DNA of 64,000 bases from Dicyema japonicum (GCA_011109175.1 RDEW01000017.1:248001-312000); one strand, 5' to 3'; positions 37,974 through 50,900 are shown, counted from the first letter of the stretch. Numbers and translations are program-made. Notes: generated by a model not told the origin, from the sequence alone.

Positions 37974-40705
37974 TCAATCACTATCCTCGTCATCATCATC
38001 GTCTTCTTCACTAGATGACTTTTCATCTTCCACGGGGGCCTTTATAAATTTTTCATACTCATCATATTCTTCATCCTCCTCCTCTTCCTCACTGTATTCT
38101 TCTTCCTCCTCCTCTGATCCTTCAACAGAAGCCAGTTCTTCTGATTCCAAATTCACAGGCAGCTCGAACTTGAACAACCGCAATGTGTGATCTGGCAGTT
38201 CCACGGGCCACTCAGGAAGCGAGCTTTGGTACCCAGGGACCTCGTAACCCAGAAACGAGGACAAAGTCGAAAGTTGATATTTTTTATGTTTTTTAAAAAT
38301 TGATCCCGCCACCGGTGTATGCTTTACCCCAAACAAAACTCGTTTCTTCATTCTCTCGACTAACACGGAGGAAACTTCACTCTGAGGAAGCTCACACAGG
38401 GACACAATGTATGACAAAATCCGAATTCTGTCTCGCAGGAAATAGCTGTCGTCGTATTTCGCCAACGTGAAAATGTACTGCACTATATTTAAGCACTTTT
38501 TTGGAGAAACCACAGCTAGTTTAGACGCCAAATTGACGATTTGAAGTTTCACAGCCTCGGGCTACAAATTAAGAGTCAGAAATGACCTCATCTACAAAAC
38601 TGCGAGCACACTTTCTCAGAACGTCAGGAAGCCATTTCTTAACTGACTTGCAATGTTCAGAAATAACCCACAAAATGCTCACTCTGGCCTCAACGTTAGT
38701 AATTTTGTCCAAATAAATTATGAACAGCTTCAGAATTGACTTTTTGTCCACCCCCTGCAACCGTAAGTAAAACAAACCACCTCAGATTCCAGGGCATTCT
38801 TCATCACAATCGTCGTCTCTCCAATGAGAGCATCTAAACTGTTAGAAGTAAGAAAACCGTTGCCTTTGGAGAACATCTGTAGCAGCAGAACAGTGCAGGT
38901 ACTCGTGACATGTTCGTTGAAAGTAATGACCTTCCCTATGGCTCGAATAGTAAGTATCCCCAGTTCTACATCCCCGTAGTTTAGGTAGGCTTTGAACTCA
39001 TCAATAACACTCATATAGTTATTATCGCTTATTAGAGACACAATAATCTCGAACTTGAGGATAATCCACCAAATCGTACCTTCAGGGACTGAATATCCGC
39101 TGAATCGTTGGGGAATATAAAAAATGACCTAACGTAGGGCTCGAAGACCTGCTTTCGCTCAGAAATGGCGGTAATGACCATCTTGAGATTATCAGCTGGG
39201 CGGAGCTACACAATATCTACTAGTCGTACAAATTATGATAAGAAGCGAGGATCAGAAACTTCACAGCCTCGGAGCAACACTCGTCTGGTCCACAGTAGAA
39301 CATTAACCTGAAAACCGAGGAGATGACCTAAGAAAATGACATATAATAAACTACCGAGTAATTATCAGTATGCAAAAGATCAAGACAGCAGTCCAACAAG
39401 GATTTTCGATCATTCTCCAGAGATTCTGATATTTCTCTAAGACTCATTTCTTTATTTTCCACGTTATCGGCGACTTGAGACGTGGATTCTTCCCAAAACT
39501 GAATTTCGGTAGAATCGACTACTCCTGGGGCGTTGGACTCTTTCTTTGAATCGTAGTTTTCAGAGCCATCAAAGGATAAGTATTCCAGATTGTTCTCCTC
39601 CCCTGAATTGACCAGGTCTTGGGGTTCTTTAGGAGAAGACTCGGTCTCATTTTGGAGTTGATCAGGTATCTCGCTAAACAGATCAGGATCTTTGGGTTCT
39701 TTAGGAGAAGACTTGGTCTCATTTTGGGCTTGGTCACTTTCAGAAGGTAGTTTTTCTTCATGTTTCTCGCTAGACTCTTCATCTGGGAGAGGATTGTTCG
39801 GATTAGGGAAAAAAGTTCTGCAGTACAAAATGAAAGCTTCAATGATGGCTTTTTGTCCGAAGGATTGGGCCTTTACGGCAACTTTTATAAGTTTGTGAAA
39901 TCTCTGATGGAGAAAGTCCAGTCTGTGGGGACAAATCTCTATGAACGCCCTCATGCAATCCCCCAAAACCCACTAAACCATTATCGCTCACAAAACTGGT
40001 TCATTATCGTCCAAAAGAATGTTAATGTATTCAGTGAGAATTTCACGTTGGTTTTCGTCAAGCCTATTAAATATTTATGAGTAAAACTTGAATATTTTGA
40101 TCATCCCCAAAGCGGCTGCACTTCTCACGTAGATTGAGGAATCTGTGATGGCGTTCTTGACAGAGACAACCATAATGGCAACAAGGCTTTTAATGGACAA
40201 ACTAGTGATGACTTTCAATGAGTCCCCGCGAAGGACGGGATCTGGGTTCTAAAATGAGTAAAATAAATGACTTTGAGTAATCTTTGAAGGGAAGAGACTA
40301 CAAGGAGAGTCTCTTCCTCGTGAATAGAGCCGTAGTGCATGATGTAGATGAAAACCATTTTCCTAATCTAAAATGAAGAATTGAAAAACATTTGGGTCTT
40401 CGTGGGAGACGTTTTTGATGACAGAAATAAATAGGTGGGACATATCTTCTCCTAAAGACATGTGCTGTATATAAAATAAGGAGGTTGGCACAAACATGGA
40501 TAAGACTACGCATCGCGACACGTTTAATGAAGACTTTAGTAGATTCCAGGTTGATTTTGATATCATCCTTGTTCAGGAAGGGACTTTGGGGTTATTAAGC
40601 TAAATGAACCTCATAGTGAGACTGTCCACCACATTGACCAGTTTGTTTTTGATTAAATCCTTGGAAATCTTAGATTACGTTAAAATGGAGCAAAACTGAT
40701 AGCAT
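37974..40705 (-). CDS. AP3B: AP-3 complex subunit beta
   Basis: LFISVIKNVS..IRKMVFIYIMHY, VKKWLPDVLRKCARSF, VKLQIVNLASKL, AKYDDSYFLRDRIR, YQLSTLSSFLG..PGYQSSLPEWP, then acidic hinge; many 21-31 nt introns. Confidence 0.93.
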
Positions 40706-40824
40706 ATTCAAATATGATGATGTTAAACTAATTAATTTTAAAATATCATGACAAAAATAAATAATATTAATTTTAGTTTAAAACATTATTCCCTGAAAAC
40801 GTTATAGTAGCATATTTAAGTTGT
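40706..40824. promoter_or_regulatory. Putative bidirectional promoter
   Basis: 119-nt AT-rich spacer between the divergent start codons of AP3B and CK2 beta. Confidence 0.6.
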
Positions 40825-41606
40825 ATGACTTCTTCTGATGCAATTTCTTGGGTAGAGTGGTTCTGTTCTCAGCCAGGAAATGACATTTTTTGTCAGGTTT
40901 TTTGTTTTCATGGAGGAAATTAACTTTTAGATCGATGATGAATACATTAGAGATCGTTTTAATTCCACAGGATTAAGTGACCTGGTCCCTGACTTTGAAC
41001 ACGCTTTGAACGTTTTACTGGACTTTAGTGACGGTTTTCTTTATTGTTAATTTTCAAGATTCAACTGATGCTGACTCTTCAGTCGACATTGAAACCAACC
41101 CGTCACTCTTATACGGTCTTCTCCATGCAAGGTACATAATGACCACACGCGGACTCAACAAAATGGTTTCACTCTTTCATTATCCGTTAGATCCGAAGTT
41201 GGGAGAACGGCTCTTTTGGCAAATGCAGGAGATACTACTGCAATGAGCAGCACCTTCTTCCCATTGGTGAATGTCTTCTTCATTTTAAGGGCTCTCTGAC
41301 ATTCCGAGGACCCATTCTGTGAAATTGTATTGCCCAAAATGTAATGATGCGTATTTGCCGAAATCCTCAATCTACCATACCGTGGATGGAGCTTTTTTCG
41401 GGACTGGATTCCCCCATATGCTGTTCTTGGTGAATCCACATTTGCGTCCATTCCCTCCTGAAACGCGTTATGTACCCAGGTACGGATTTAGCAGTTATGA
41501 GAGACTTTTTGGTTTCAAAATTGACCCATCTGCCTTTGAGACTACGAAATCAATAAAAAATCCGGAAGATGAAAACGACGATCTTTTTATTAACGGTCAG
41601 CTATGA
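40825..41606 (+). CDS. CSNK2B: Casein kinase II beta subunit, divergent
   Basis: [71 protein letters not shown]; five micro-introns. Confidence 0.96.
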
Positions 41607-41939
41607 TCGTGTTTTAAATATTATTGCGTAATTGTCTTACTATGTTTATGCTAAACCTTTTCAGTTTTTAAGGGGGCTGGTTTTATTACGAAAGAGAAGC
41701 TACAGCCAGCCTTTAGTCCGGACTTTGTTGACTTGTTGGCCATGGTGTAGTTAGCAGGTGGTTAATTGGTCGGAAAATTGAGTTGGTGTATTTTTATTGC
41801 GCAAAAGGTTACATCGGTTCATAATTATGAAAGTCCTCGTCAAATGATGGACTCTGGAGATATCGGAGACCCTAACTCGACTTAAGTATCCGAGTTCGAA
41901 TTCCGAAGAGCTTGGGTTATCTGGGCTGCACTTATAGGA

Positions 41940-42175
41940 GGATATTTAATATGATTTTATTGTGTGGCTGATCTTCTGATGATCATCTTCCAAGTTCTTT
42001 CACGGGCACCTGACGCTTTCTTTGTTCAAAACTTCGGGTTTCCAACATCTCCTGTGTTCATCACTTTGTCCATGTTCGAGACGAGTATTTCATCCATCAT
42101 GAAGCTAAGCAGACACTCTGTACAATAGAGGTACGTCACCACCTCAGCCATCCGACCAATCACCCACTTGGATTA
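41940..42175 (+). repeat. Dispersed repeat family C
   Basis: ttgttcaaaacttcgggtttc..ccatcatgaa..agaggtacgtcaccacctcagcc. Confidence 0.7.
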
Positions 42176-42307
42176 TCTTAAATTTTAAATTTATTTGTGG
42201 AGTTGTTATCTGTAATTTTGGAGTAAATTTTATCTTTTGTGCGGAAATTGATGTACTTTAAACACATTTGGTTTATAAAATGTTGAATTTGTGGTAGAAT
42301 TATTACA

Positions 42308-42480
42308 AATATTATTGGGGGAGAACTGGTAGTGGACATATTCTCCATTAAATATTGAAGCAAGAAAACTTGGTAGTGAGAATATTCTCGGAATAATATT
42401 GAAGCAAGAGAATTTGGTAGTAGGTATGTTCTTGAGCGAATATTGAAGGAAGAGAACATGGTAGTGGGTACAATATAGAT
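42308..42480. repeat. 44-bp minisatellite, about 4 imperfect units
   Basis: aatattgaag starts at 42351, 42395 and 42439. Confidence 0.75.
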
Positions 42481-42799
42481 GTTGGAGATAACACTGATAA
42501 TACAACCGGTACTAGAAAGAACCAATGCTATCTCTAACTTAGTTTTTGCGGAAACTTTTAAGGTATGTATGACTCACATAACAAATTGTACCTCATTTAT
42601 TTCCATAAAGTACATTTCATGTGTAATAGCTCGTCATAGCTCATCGAGCGTACACTAAAAATAGAAGTTTGCTGATAAGTTTGGTAGTGCCTTATAAAAG
42701 TGTATTCTTTTACTACATTCACGCTTCCCACGCTCCCTACTTACTTGGTAAAGGGGTTCCTTCTACTCTTTACCTTCTTGAATTCTTAAGAGGCGTCGT

Positions 42800-42910
42800 G
42801 TGATCAACTTTCATCAACTTGTCTTTAGGAGACGCTCAGTGCCTGGCCGGCATCTGAAAAGGATCATGCTCTTCTCTAATCCAGTGGAGGGTTCCCACAA
42901 TGGTTGATAT
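42800..42910 (+). mobile_element. SINE family B core fragment
   Basis: ggcgtc..gacgctcagtgcctggccggcatctgaaaaggatca..ccagtggagggttcccacaa. Confidence 0.7.
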
Positions 42911-43164
42911 AATTGACGTCAGTCCAAGCAGAGATAAATTCATCCACGGGGACCTTAATCCCATGCTTATCTCAGATAATCATACTTTTGAGAGTTTTCT
43001 TACGCACGCCTGACTGGATGTGTGACCTCACTGTTTCCATAACTTGTCCATATAATTCTTGAAACATTTTTAGACTTGTTGATTGATTACTACACCTGTG
43101 GAGGATTTATTTTTATTTTTTTATTTAAAACCAAGAATCCGACATATTAAAAAATATGTGGTTG

Positions 43165-44015
43165 TCAGATGATCCCGGTTTCTTTAGCATCCACCTCTTT
43201 CACAGTGTTCGTTCCTAGAACCGACGCACTTCCTATACGTACGGGACACTTTACTGTATTTATGAGATGGCAATCGGACTCCCGTTCCCTCGCAAGTTCT
43301 CGAACGGAGTTGGCATCAACCGTGAGGATAACCTTTGTAGGGCCTCCGTGACTGTTGATTAATATCATTGGCAGGGCTGTTGTTGTCTTTCTACGAGCAT
43401 TGTTAGTGATGGATGAACGTATCTGACAATCGTGAATTCGAATCAGAAAGATTGACTTTTTAGCGAAGGTCAATTCTCGTCAAATAGGTCCACACCTGAG
43501 GCGATGAGTCTTTCTGGCACAACACAGTTGTTGAAAGGGATCTTCCTGCCCTCTCCCTGAACAACTCCACTTTTGAAGATTACCATAATGAAAACTTTTC
43601 CCCCTAAGAATGAAGTGATGTCTGCGACTGTAGGACGTGTAATGAAAATGGATGAGAGCTGTACAAGCAATTCATCAGGACGACACTGAATTATGCCTCC
43701 CCAAACTGGGCTCCATGAATATCACTTTCCCTCCTACAAAAGCTACCTCAGGAAAATCCCACCTCCGGCAAAAGACCAAACCTCACCGAAAGTATACATG
43801 ACTTTGTGTCTACACCTTCCATACGAACCCTCGAAGAGAACAAGATACTTGATGGCAGACCTCCAGAGATTAACGCTTCAAAACTGCTTCGGAGTGCTGT
43901 CAGAGCGGAACTTCACGTTTACGATGTGGATATCATCTGTCTCCGGCTAAGAGTAGTTCGGGATCTCTTTGCTTTCCCTGGTCCACCAGGGCTCGATGTG
44001 AAAGTTTTTGATTAA
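43165..44015 (-). mobile_element. Degenerate non-LTR RT fragment
   Basis: SSPGGPG, SGVVQG and LINTVKC..VLG remnants. Confidence 0.4.
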
Positions 44016-44626
44016 TTAACCTTAATTCATTGGTTTTTTATAATAATATTTAAAGTTAACCACAGCCTAAGAAGTTTCCGGTCTCTCAAAAAAGTTCATC
44101 CTAAGCCTTATAAATCCTTTTTACTGATCAAATAAGTATTTCTATTGCAGTGCACTTAACCTCATGATGGGTGAAAGCCCCTGTCTTCCTCCTTCTTGTG
44201 AGCATACTTTGGAGACTCCAAGTTATGACAAGGAAATTTCGGATCCATGAATATCGGGGTTCAAATTCCTTAGGCTCAAAATTGAAGGAACTCGATGAAG
44301 GCTAGGTTCCATAAAAGGGAAAAGCTGAAGTAAATTCCTACATTTTTTTCAATTTAGATTAGAATTCGGCGAAATAAAATTATTTCAGCAAAAGCTGCCC
44401 ATTCGAGCTTATTTCCCTCGCAGGCAAGAGGGGGAATAGTCATACAATCAGGGCTGCGGTCTCTAACTCTGTATTTTTTTGTTTTTGTCGACAGAATGTT
44501 TTATTTTTGCAACATAACCAAAATTTTTGTAATTTTTTAAATAAAATTCAGAAAATGCGGTCAAATTTAATAATTTAAATAAAATAATTATGGAAGTTGA
44601 CACTTCTGTAGGGATTATTCTAAACG

Positions 44627-44870
44627 TGGCCGCGTGGCGCCATGTGGTGCTATGTGGCTAGTATATCAAAAATTATTTTCATTCCCTTTGATGGCGTCAT
44701 GGATCTACCTTACTGAGGAGACGCCCAATGCCTGGGCGGTATCAAAAGGATCCACTATTCTTTCCCAGGGGACAATGTCGTTACCTGGATACAGGTTCTG
44801 GAACGGTGGAACGAGTCAGGATCAAGGAGTTAGTTAGTTTTGTTATCCGTGGTCTTTGGAATTATTTTAA
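44627..44870 (+). mobile_element. SINE family B2
   Basis: Aligns with 7625-7865; contains the best HDV-like fold candidate. Confidence 0.85.
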
Positions 44871-45059
44871 TTAATTAGTTAGAACATTCTAGAATTAATA
44901 ATCCCCTTGTTTCTCCTTCAACAGACGGTTCTTAGCCAAGATCCTTCAATTTGGGTCAGACGGGATTCGAGAACACAAAAATTGGTGCGTCTGATGCTTC
45001 CTTATTTTAAAATTTTCCGATGTCTCCTGAGTCCAATAAGAAGGGGACGGGAGTTTACA

Positions 45060-45340
45060 CCCACCTTGATGGGATGGAGACATTAAGTGTACCTGAGCTT
45101 GCACTAGATCTTCGTTTCCCAGAATCGGTCTCTGAGGGAACTGACACTCTTAAGACAAACAAATACGGGACTTTAGGAGGACAGTTTGTTTTCAATCCCA
45201 TCGTGACCAAAACCTGGGGGATTCTAGCTCCTAAATCGCTTTCCTTCCTGGGTGCTATCGCATGAGGGACAACCGAGAAGAAGGATGCCTGATTGAACGT
45301 GTTTCTGCAAAATTGTAGGTGGGAATGCACTCTCATCACA
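45060..45340 (+). mobile_element. CRE-like RLE 3' fragment
   Basis: LKTNKYGTLGGQFVFNPIVTKTWGILAPKSLSFL..GGNAL. Confidence 0.75.
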
Positions 45341-46699
45341 AGAGCCGTTTACTTTTTTAATAACTTTTGGTATACTTGAAATAGATTTTATCCTGTTCCT
45401 CCAGTCAGGGTAGGATATCCTTTTCCAGCATCATAAAATTGAACCCCTCTACTGAAGTATGGAATAGAGAGTCCTATTTAACAGAGAATCCTTCAACCAA
45501 GTAAATAACTGTGGGAATAGAACGCACAGCTAATACGATGCGAGCCTTGAGTTACTCGGAACACTTTGTGACAACGACTCAATGGGAATAGGAATCTGTC
45601 TCCGTCTTGTGCTTAATGAGATATCGATAAATATGGTTGACTTTAAGATCTCATACATTTTCCTACTGAGGGAGTCCTGAAAGGAGCGCGAGGAACGAAG
45701 TAATTGCGGTAGGGCTCGAGGTCGCTAAGTAACCAGTACAGTAGGAGCTCATTGGACTAGACATCACAGGCAAAAAATTCGACGGGACGACTCTTTTCCA
45801 ATGGAAAGATGGAAAATACCTTACATGGAACGATAAGAACCATCTCCCTTGAGGAAAAACAGGGGAATTATTGGTCAATTATTAATTACAGAAAGTTTTT
45901 TAGAGATAATCTCCAGGATCACTGGATTAAAAAAGAAAGAATATCCTCAGCTAGCTAAGTGATACCTACACGGAAAGGTCAAAACTAAGGGGACTTTCAT
46001 ATTGAATCGCTACCTATGACGGGCTTGGAGTCTTCTCTTATCTCTGGTGGTTTTTGAGATTCAATAGGGGTCTGGTACAGGGGCTAGTTGGTAGGTTGGC
46101 CGTTCTCACAAATTTCGTTGTCATTTGAGAAGTGTTCCAAAAGTCATAGATTCAAATTAGAACCGATGACTCTGTGGGGGTTCCTGGATCGTGGTAACTT
46201 GTTCATGGAAAATGAGAATGGTGAAGAGACATCCGATGTTGCTTCCAAGAGTTTATGAAACAATTTTATAATCGTCATTATCATCATCTCAGCTTTTATT
46301 TTGTATTCCGGATGTTTTCGAAAGAGAGTCCCTGATCAAACATGACTCCCAGGATATCTGGGTATTGTCTGGGAGAATCATGTTATCAAGGAGAATTCTT
46401 GGTTTTATGTCGTAGTCTCTTACGAAGTAAGAGTATCTTGCATGACCCAAGTGGCTGCTTGATGATCATTGTCCTTTGAAGCGATGACAATATTACCCGC
46501 ATAGGATAACAAATTGGCAAGTTTTTTTTCGAAATTAAATGAAAGCAAAGTATTTTATCCCCTTTAATAATAAATTTGTTTAAAATAGCATAAACATATA
46601 ATTAAAATTTAAAAATTCAAAATCACGCTAATAAATAAATAACGTGTTTGATATGGAAGTTAGCGAGAAAGACGCAGTTGACCTTTATATTCCTAGAAA

Positions 46700-48090
46700 A
46701 TGGTATTATTGATATAAATAAGTGTAGCTCATCTACAAATACGCTAATTGGGCCTAAAGATTTCGGATCCATTCAATTCAGCATTGCTAAGGTGTATGTT
46801 CTTTATTATTTTATAGTTGGACGAGAACGGAGTCTACAGAGGCAAGCATGACACCTTTGCTATCTGTTCTAATGTCCGTCGAAGGGTTTTGCTGGCCTTT
46901 TATTCTTAGGGGAATTCTGACTATGAGATCATGAACTTCTGCACTTCTTTGGGCTATTTTGTTGAGTAAGTAATGTCTTTAAATCTTAAGGAATCCAAAC
47001 AAGGTAGTGTGATCGCTAACTTTTGTTTTCATGAATTTTTTGTTTTCCTTTTGTGTTTACTAATTTGTTTTATGTCCTTAATTTTACTTTGGGAGTTGTC
47101 TCGTATTAAGAGTACTGTTTTCTGTCAACTTCATGCAGGTCCTGAAGGCAGTAGAATACTTGGGAAGATTTCCCGAGGTCGTCGCTCTATGATGGGATTC
47201 ACGTGGGTAGAATGTGGATATACTCCGTCTCTGATTGGAAGGGACTTTGATGTATTCTTGCTTATCCTGAACCCCTAGGACTCGACATGAAGGTAGATAT
47301 CTGGGAGCGATCTCATTGGTGTCGCGCTTATTAGTCATCTTCTGCTTATGGTATGGAAACTCGGTTAACAATTTAAAAGCTTTATTTGAACCTTAGTCTT
47401 CAGTCTATTCTTTCGAAAACAGGCGGGGGGCTCGTCTAGATACGCCCCGCCACAAGCAAGTGACATCATCATTGATGAAGACCCGCATCTATGCTCATTT
47501 CTAACCGATTTTGTGTGGTTTAGCTTATTATGCCGAAAACTCACTATCCACAAGTCGCATCCATTTGATTTGTACTGCAAGAATCTGGCAACATGTGTAG
47601 GACTCGGTATATCTGAAACGTGGAGTCTATGCTAATGACAACAGTGATTTTTCATAATATCTGATGATCTTAACGGAAACTATGGATTGCTTCATGGAGA
47701 AATACTGAACGACTTATTAACATGGGGTATTTAAATTACCTGAGATTTATGAGTGAGTATAAATCCACGGGGGACTAAATCCAGTTAATATTTTATTCGA
47801 AGCGAAAACAAAGACATTTGAAACAAGTCATGTCCAGCTGCCAACAGACGGTGGCGTTGCCAAGGACAACGGTAGGCACGTGAAAACCATCTTTATTCTA
47901 ATCCCATAAATTAAAGTCAAGTTTGATTCGTCAAAGAAAGTAAGCCTTTAAAGGTTTGGAAAATCTGCGTCCACCACTTCTCTGAGGTACACCTTTTCTA
48001 TTCTGATCAACCTTCAATTTCCTCTCCCGACATATCGGATTGATTGATCAATAGGAGGATCCACTCTCTCCAGTTTGATTTTGCTAACCC
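46700..48090 (-). mobile_element. Probable Penelope-like element remnant
   Basis: YKSNGC and RVFINDV (RT-like); KLAITLPCL..IPLRIK (PLE linker-like); heavily degraded. Confidence 0.45.
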
Positions 48091-48213
48091 CCAGTTTCCT
48101 CCACTTTTAAAGAGAGAAATAAATAAACTAAAATTCTGACATAGAGGGACCCTTCATAAGAATATATAGCACGTGGCAATAATCAAAATTTTATTAAAAG
48201 TTGCTAAAACGAA

Positions 48214-48836
48214 TCATCTGAACCAATATGGTTTATCACCACTCATTTCATTCAGTTGACCCCCCATCACACTCTGTATATACTTAACCTTATTTTCTTC
48301 TGTATCCTCTTCCGCAACCAACTCAGGGAACTCGAAAGGGACAGAATCTTCTCCCTAAAATAATTCATAATGAGCCAGACTAAGCGAACATAGGCGTATT
48401 TTACTTCATTGAAATCTCTGTCATTCTTCTTCCTTTTGGACAAATCATCATTTTGGACCTTTTCGAGATACTCTGACCCTCAGTTTCAAAACAAACCTCT
48501 GCGAATTTCCGTATTTACGGAGGATACGTTGACATTATAAATCTTTTCGAGGTAATTCTTAATGTCAATTCGACTCATCCTAAAGTTTGAGGGAAAACAA
48601 CAAAACTGCCATTGGACGACAAAAACAGCAACATTCTTAGGCATTGGATTAGCCGGCTTTACGAGTTTCATCCAATATAGTGGAAAGCAGACTCTAATCT
48701 GAGGATCTCCCTTCGCGTAAATCGGCAGTTTGACTGGTCTCTTCCACAACGAAAATCTGAAAAATTAACATCACCAGTAGAAATTGTGAAATTTTAGAAA
48801 TACTTACACCCACTTCTGAAATGGAACTCGCCTCAT
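48214..48836 (-). CDS. MRPL23: Mitochondrial ribosomal protein L23
   Basis: LPIYAKGDPQIRV, MSRIDIKNYLEKIYNVNVSSVNT, KYAYVRL, FEFPEL, C-terminal PYWFR*. Confidence 0.93.
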
Positions 48837-48959
48837 CTGATAGTAAAATAGTTTAAATTTAAAAATGGAGTTAATAAATTAAATCAATAAAAATAAAAAC
48901 TTAATTTAGTGGTTGTGATGTCCTAGTTTTGTTGGGTTCTTTCTCTCCACTGGTTATAT

Positions 48960-49140
48960 GGTCGAATGTTCTCTTCTTTCTTCTGTTCCTTATCATCTCT
49001 CGTTAATGCTAGTGTCGTCATGTGATCCAACAGTCTCAGGTGATGTCCAGTGTAGGGATGGGCGAAAACGAATCATTTGATCTCCCCCACTCCATTGGAG
49101 GGGTTCCTACAACTTCAGTGAGCAGATGTATTCTTCCCTT
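48960..49140 (+). mobile_element. SINE family B
   Basis: gtcgtcatgtgatcc..gaatcatttgatctcccccactccattggagggg. Confidence 0.75.
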
Positions 49141-49299
49141 TCCGTTGGTTCTGAATGAAGTTGCATGTAATATTGAAAGGATCCTCTGTTCAAAGATGAG
49201 TGTGTCATGTGGTTCACGTGATGTGTTAGGGCTCAGTGTCAATTATACATGAAAAGTAATCATTTGCTCTCTAATTTATCCGTTATTTCGATGGGGGTG

Positions 49300-50900
49300 G
49301 TTTTGTAATATTTCCGTCCTTTCCTTGCTGATTCTGTCCGGTGATGTGACAAAACCATAATCCCGGCTTCTCTATAACGGTCTCAGCCGCCATGTTCTGG
49401 ATTTGTGTTTCATGATTGAAAACCTCAAAGTGGACATTTCTCTTATACAGGAATCGTAGTATTCGAAATCTGTCTCCACTTATTGTTTCTAGAGATAATT
49501 TGCACTCCGAAAGGATCCGATGGAGGACTCCTGACAACTATCAATTGTATTCACATATGTCTCCCAAGTTGAGACTATGTGCATTCAAATATCTGACTCT
49601 GGCGATTTGAGCGCAAAACATCGGTCACAACCTACTGACAGTGATCGCGAGTACATCATGTCTGTCATAGAATCTGTTATTCTTAACAATCCAGAATCCC
49701 ATACCAGGACCCTTTAACAGTTTCACTTGTTTGGATATGTCACGTGTCTTATTTATCAGAGTATATCTTATGGAGTCTGTTATATTAATCAACTGATCAC
49801 AACCCAACTGTGTTACGACTTAGAAGTCCTCTCTGTATACCACGGTTTTTGCAAGGTTCAAGAATTATTCGAAAGTGGCTTGATTTCAACACGTGTGTAC
49901 GAGAGATTATTGATTTCACAATAGAATGTTCCATTGCAAGACAGCAAAGGTTTTATCCTCAAGAATCATGAAGTGGATAGGCTATCCGCTTTCATCTTAA
50001 AAGAGGTTTTACCCAAAACTGACCTCGAGCGTCCTGAACCTCATCAAGGAACAGAACCCCTTAAAAAAGACAGAGGCTGGGGAATAAAATAATAAAACGT
50101 AATTCTCTGTCACTCGAGGATTTCACTCGAATCCGTATCCAGACAATTTTTTATATCTTCATGAAGTGAAGTTCATTGCTTCCCCGTCTTTGGTCCTGGC
50201 GGTGTCTCTGTTATACACCTTAAACACGTCTAAGGGGAAGTTCGCGGTAACGGATTTATGTAACTTTGCTATCAATTCACACGCACTTCCAAATATATGG
50301 AAGAACTCACTGATCACGTCAATTCTAAAGACGAGAAACCGATCCATCTTCCTACTGCCCTGACTCCATAACTTGGACCATGTCGAAAGTTCTCGAGAGT
50401 TTTTTCCTAACCAAAATCTCCCCTACTCTGCTAATGTCTGCATTTCAACATGACTTTAGAGCAGACCGATCTACCACGACTCACTTGGGATCTGTTACTT
50501 GTATATCACAGATGGTTTCAATGAGAAAAAATACGGACGGTTTCAATATAAAGCTTTGGCTGGAGAACAGGGTGTATGACAGGCTATCCCTCAATATTAT
50601 CAGTATCTGCTTCAAATCTCATTTGCAGATAATCATGGCAGATGGGAGATTCAAAGGTGAACCTGAATCATTCCTTGGCTATGCCCAAATTCCATTTACG
50701 AAATACCAGAAAATCCGCGGTATCACTTTCGACATGTTAATGGCATCTATTCGTCACGATGAAAAATAATGACCGGGAGGTTCCGAAAGTGGAATGTTTT
50801 AATGCCTATTGCACAGACGAGCCCCATCCCTCCCATAGGCTCTATTATCAGATCATTGCTCCGATCATCGAATGCACTTCTTCCGCATTGAGAATTGCCC
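49300..50900 (+). mobile_element. Degenerate CR1/Jockey-like LINE
   Basis: APE-like remnants, then LPNIWKNSLITSILK, SKVLES, QHDFRADRSTTT. Confidence 0.7.

Noticed and set aside
42308-42480. CRISPR array
   Set aside because: Head-to-tail degenerate units without unique spacers, in a eukaryotic context with no cas genes.
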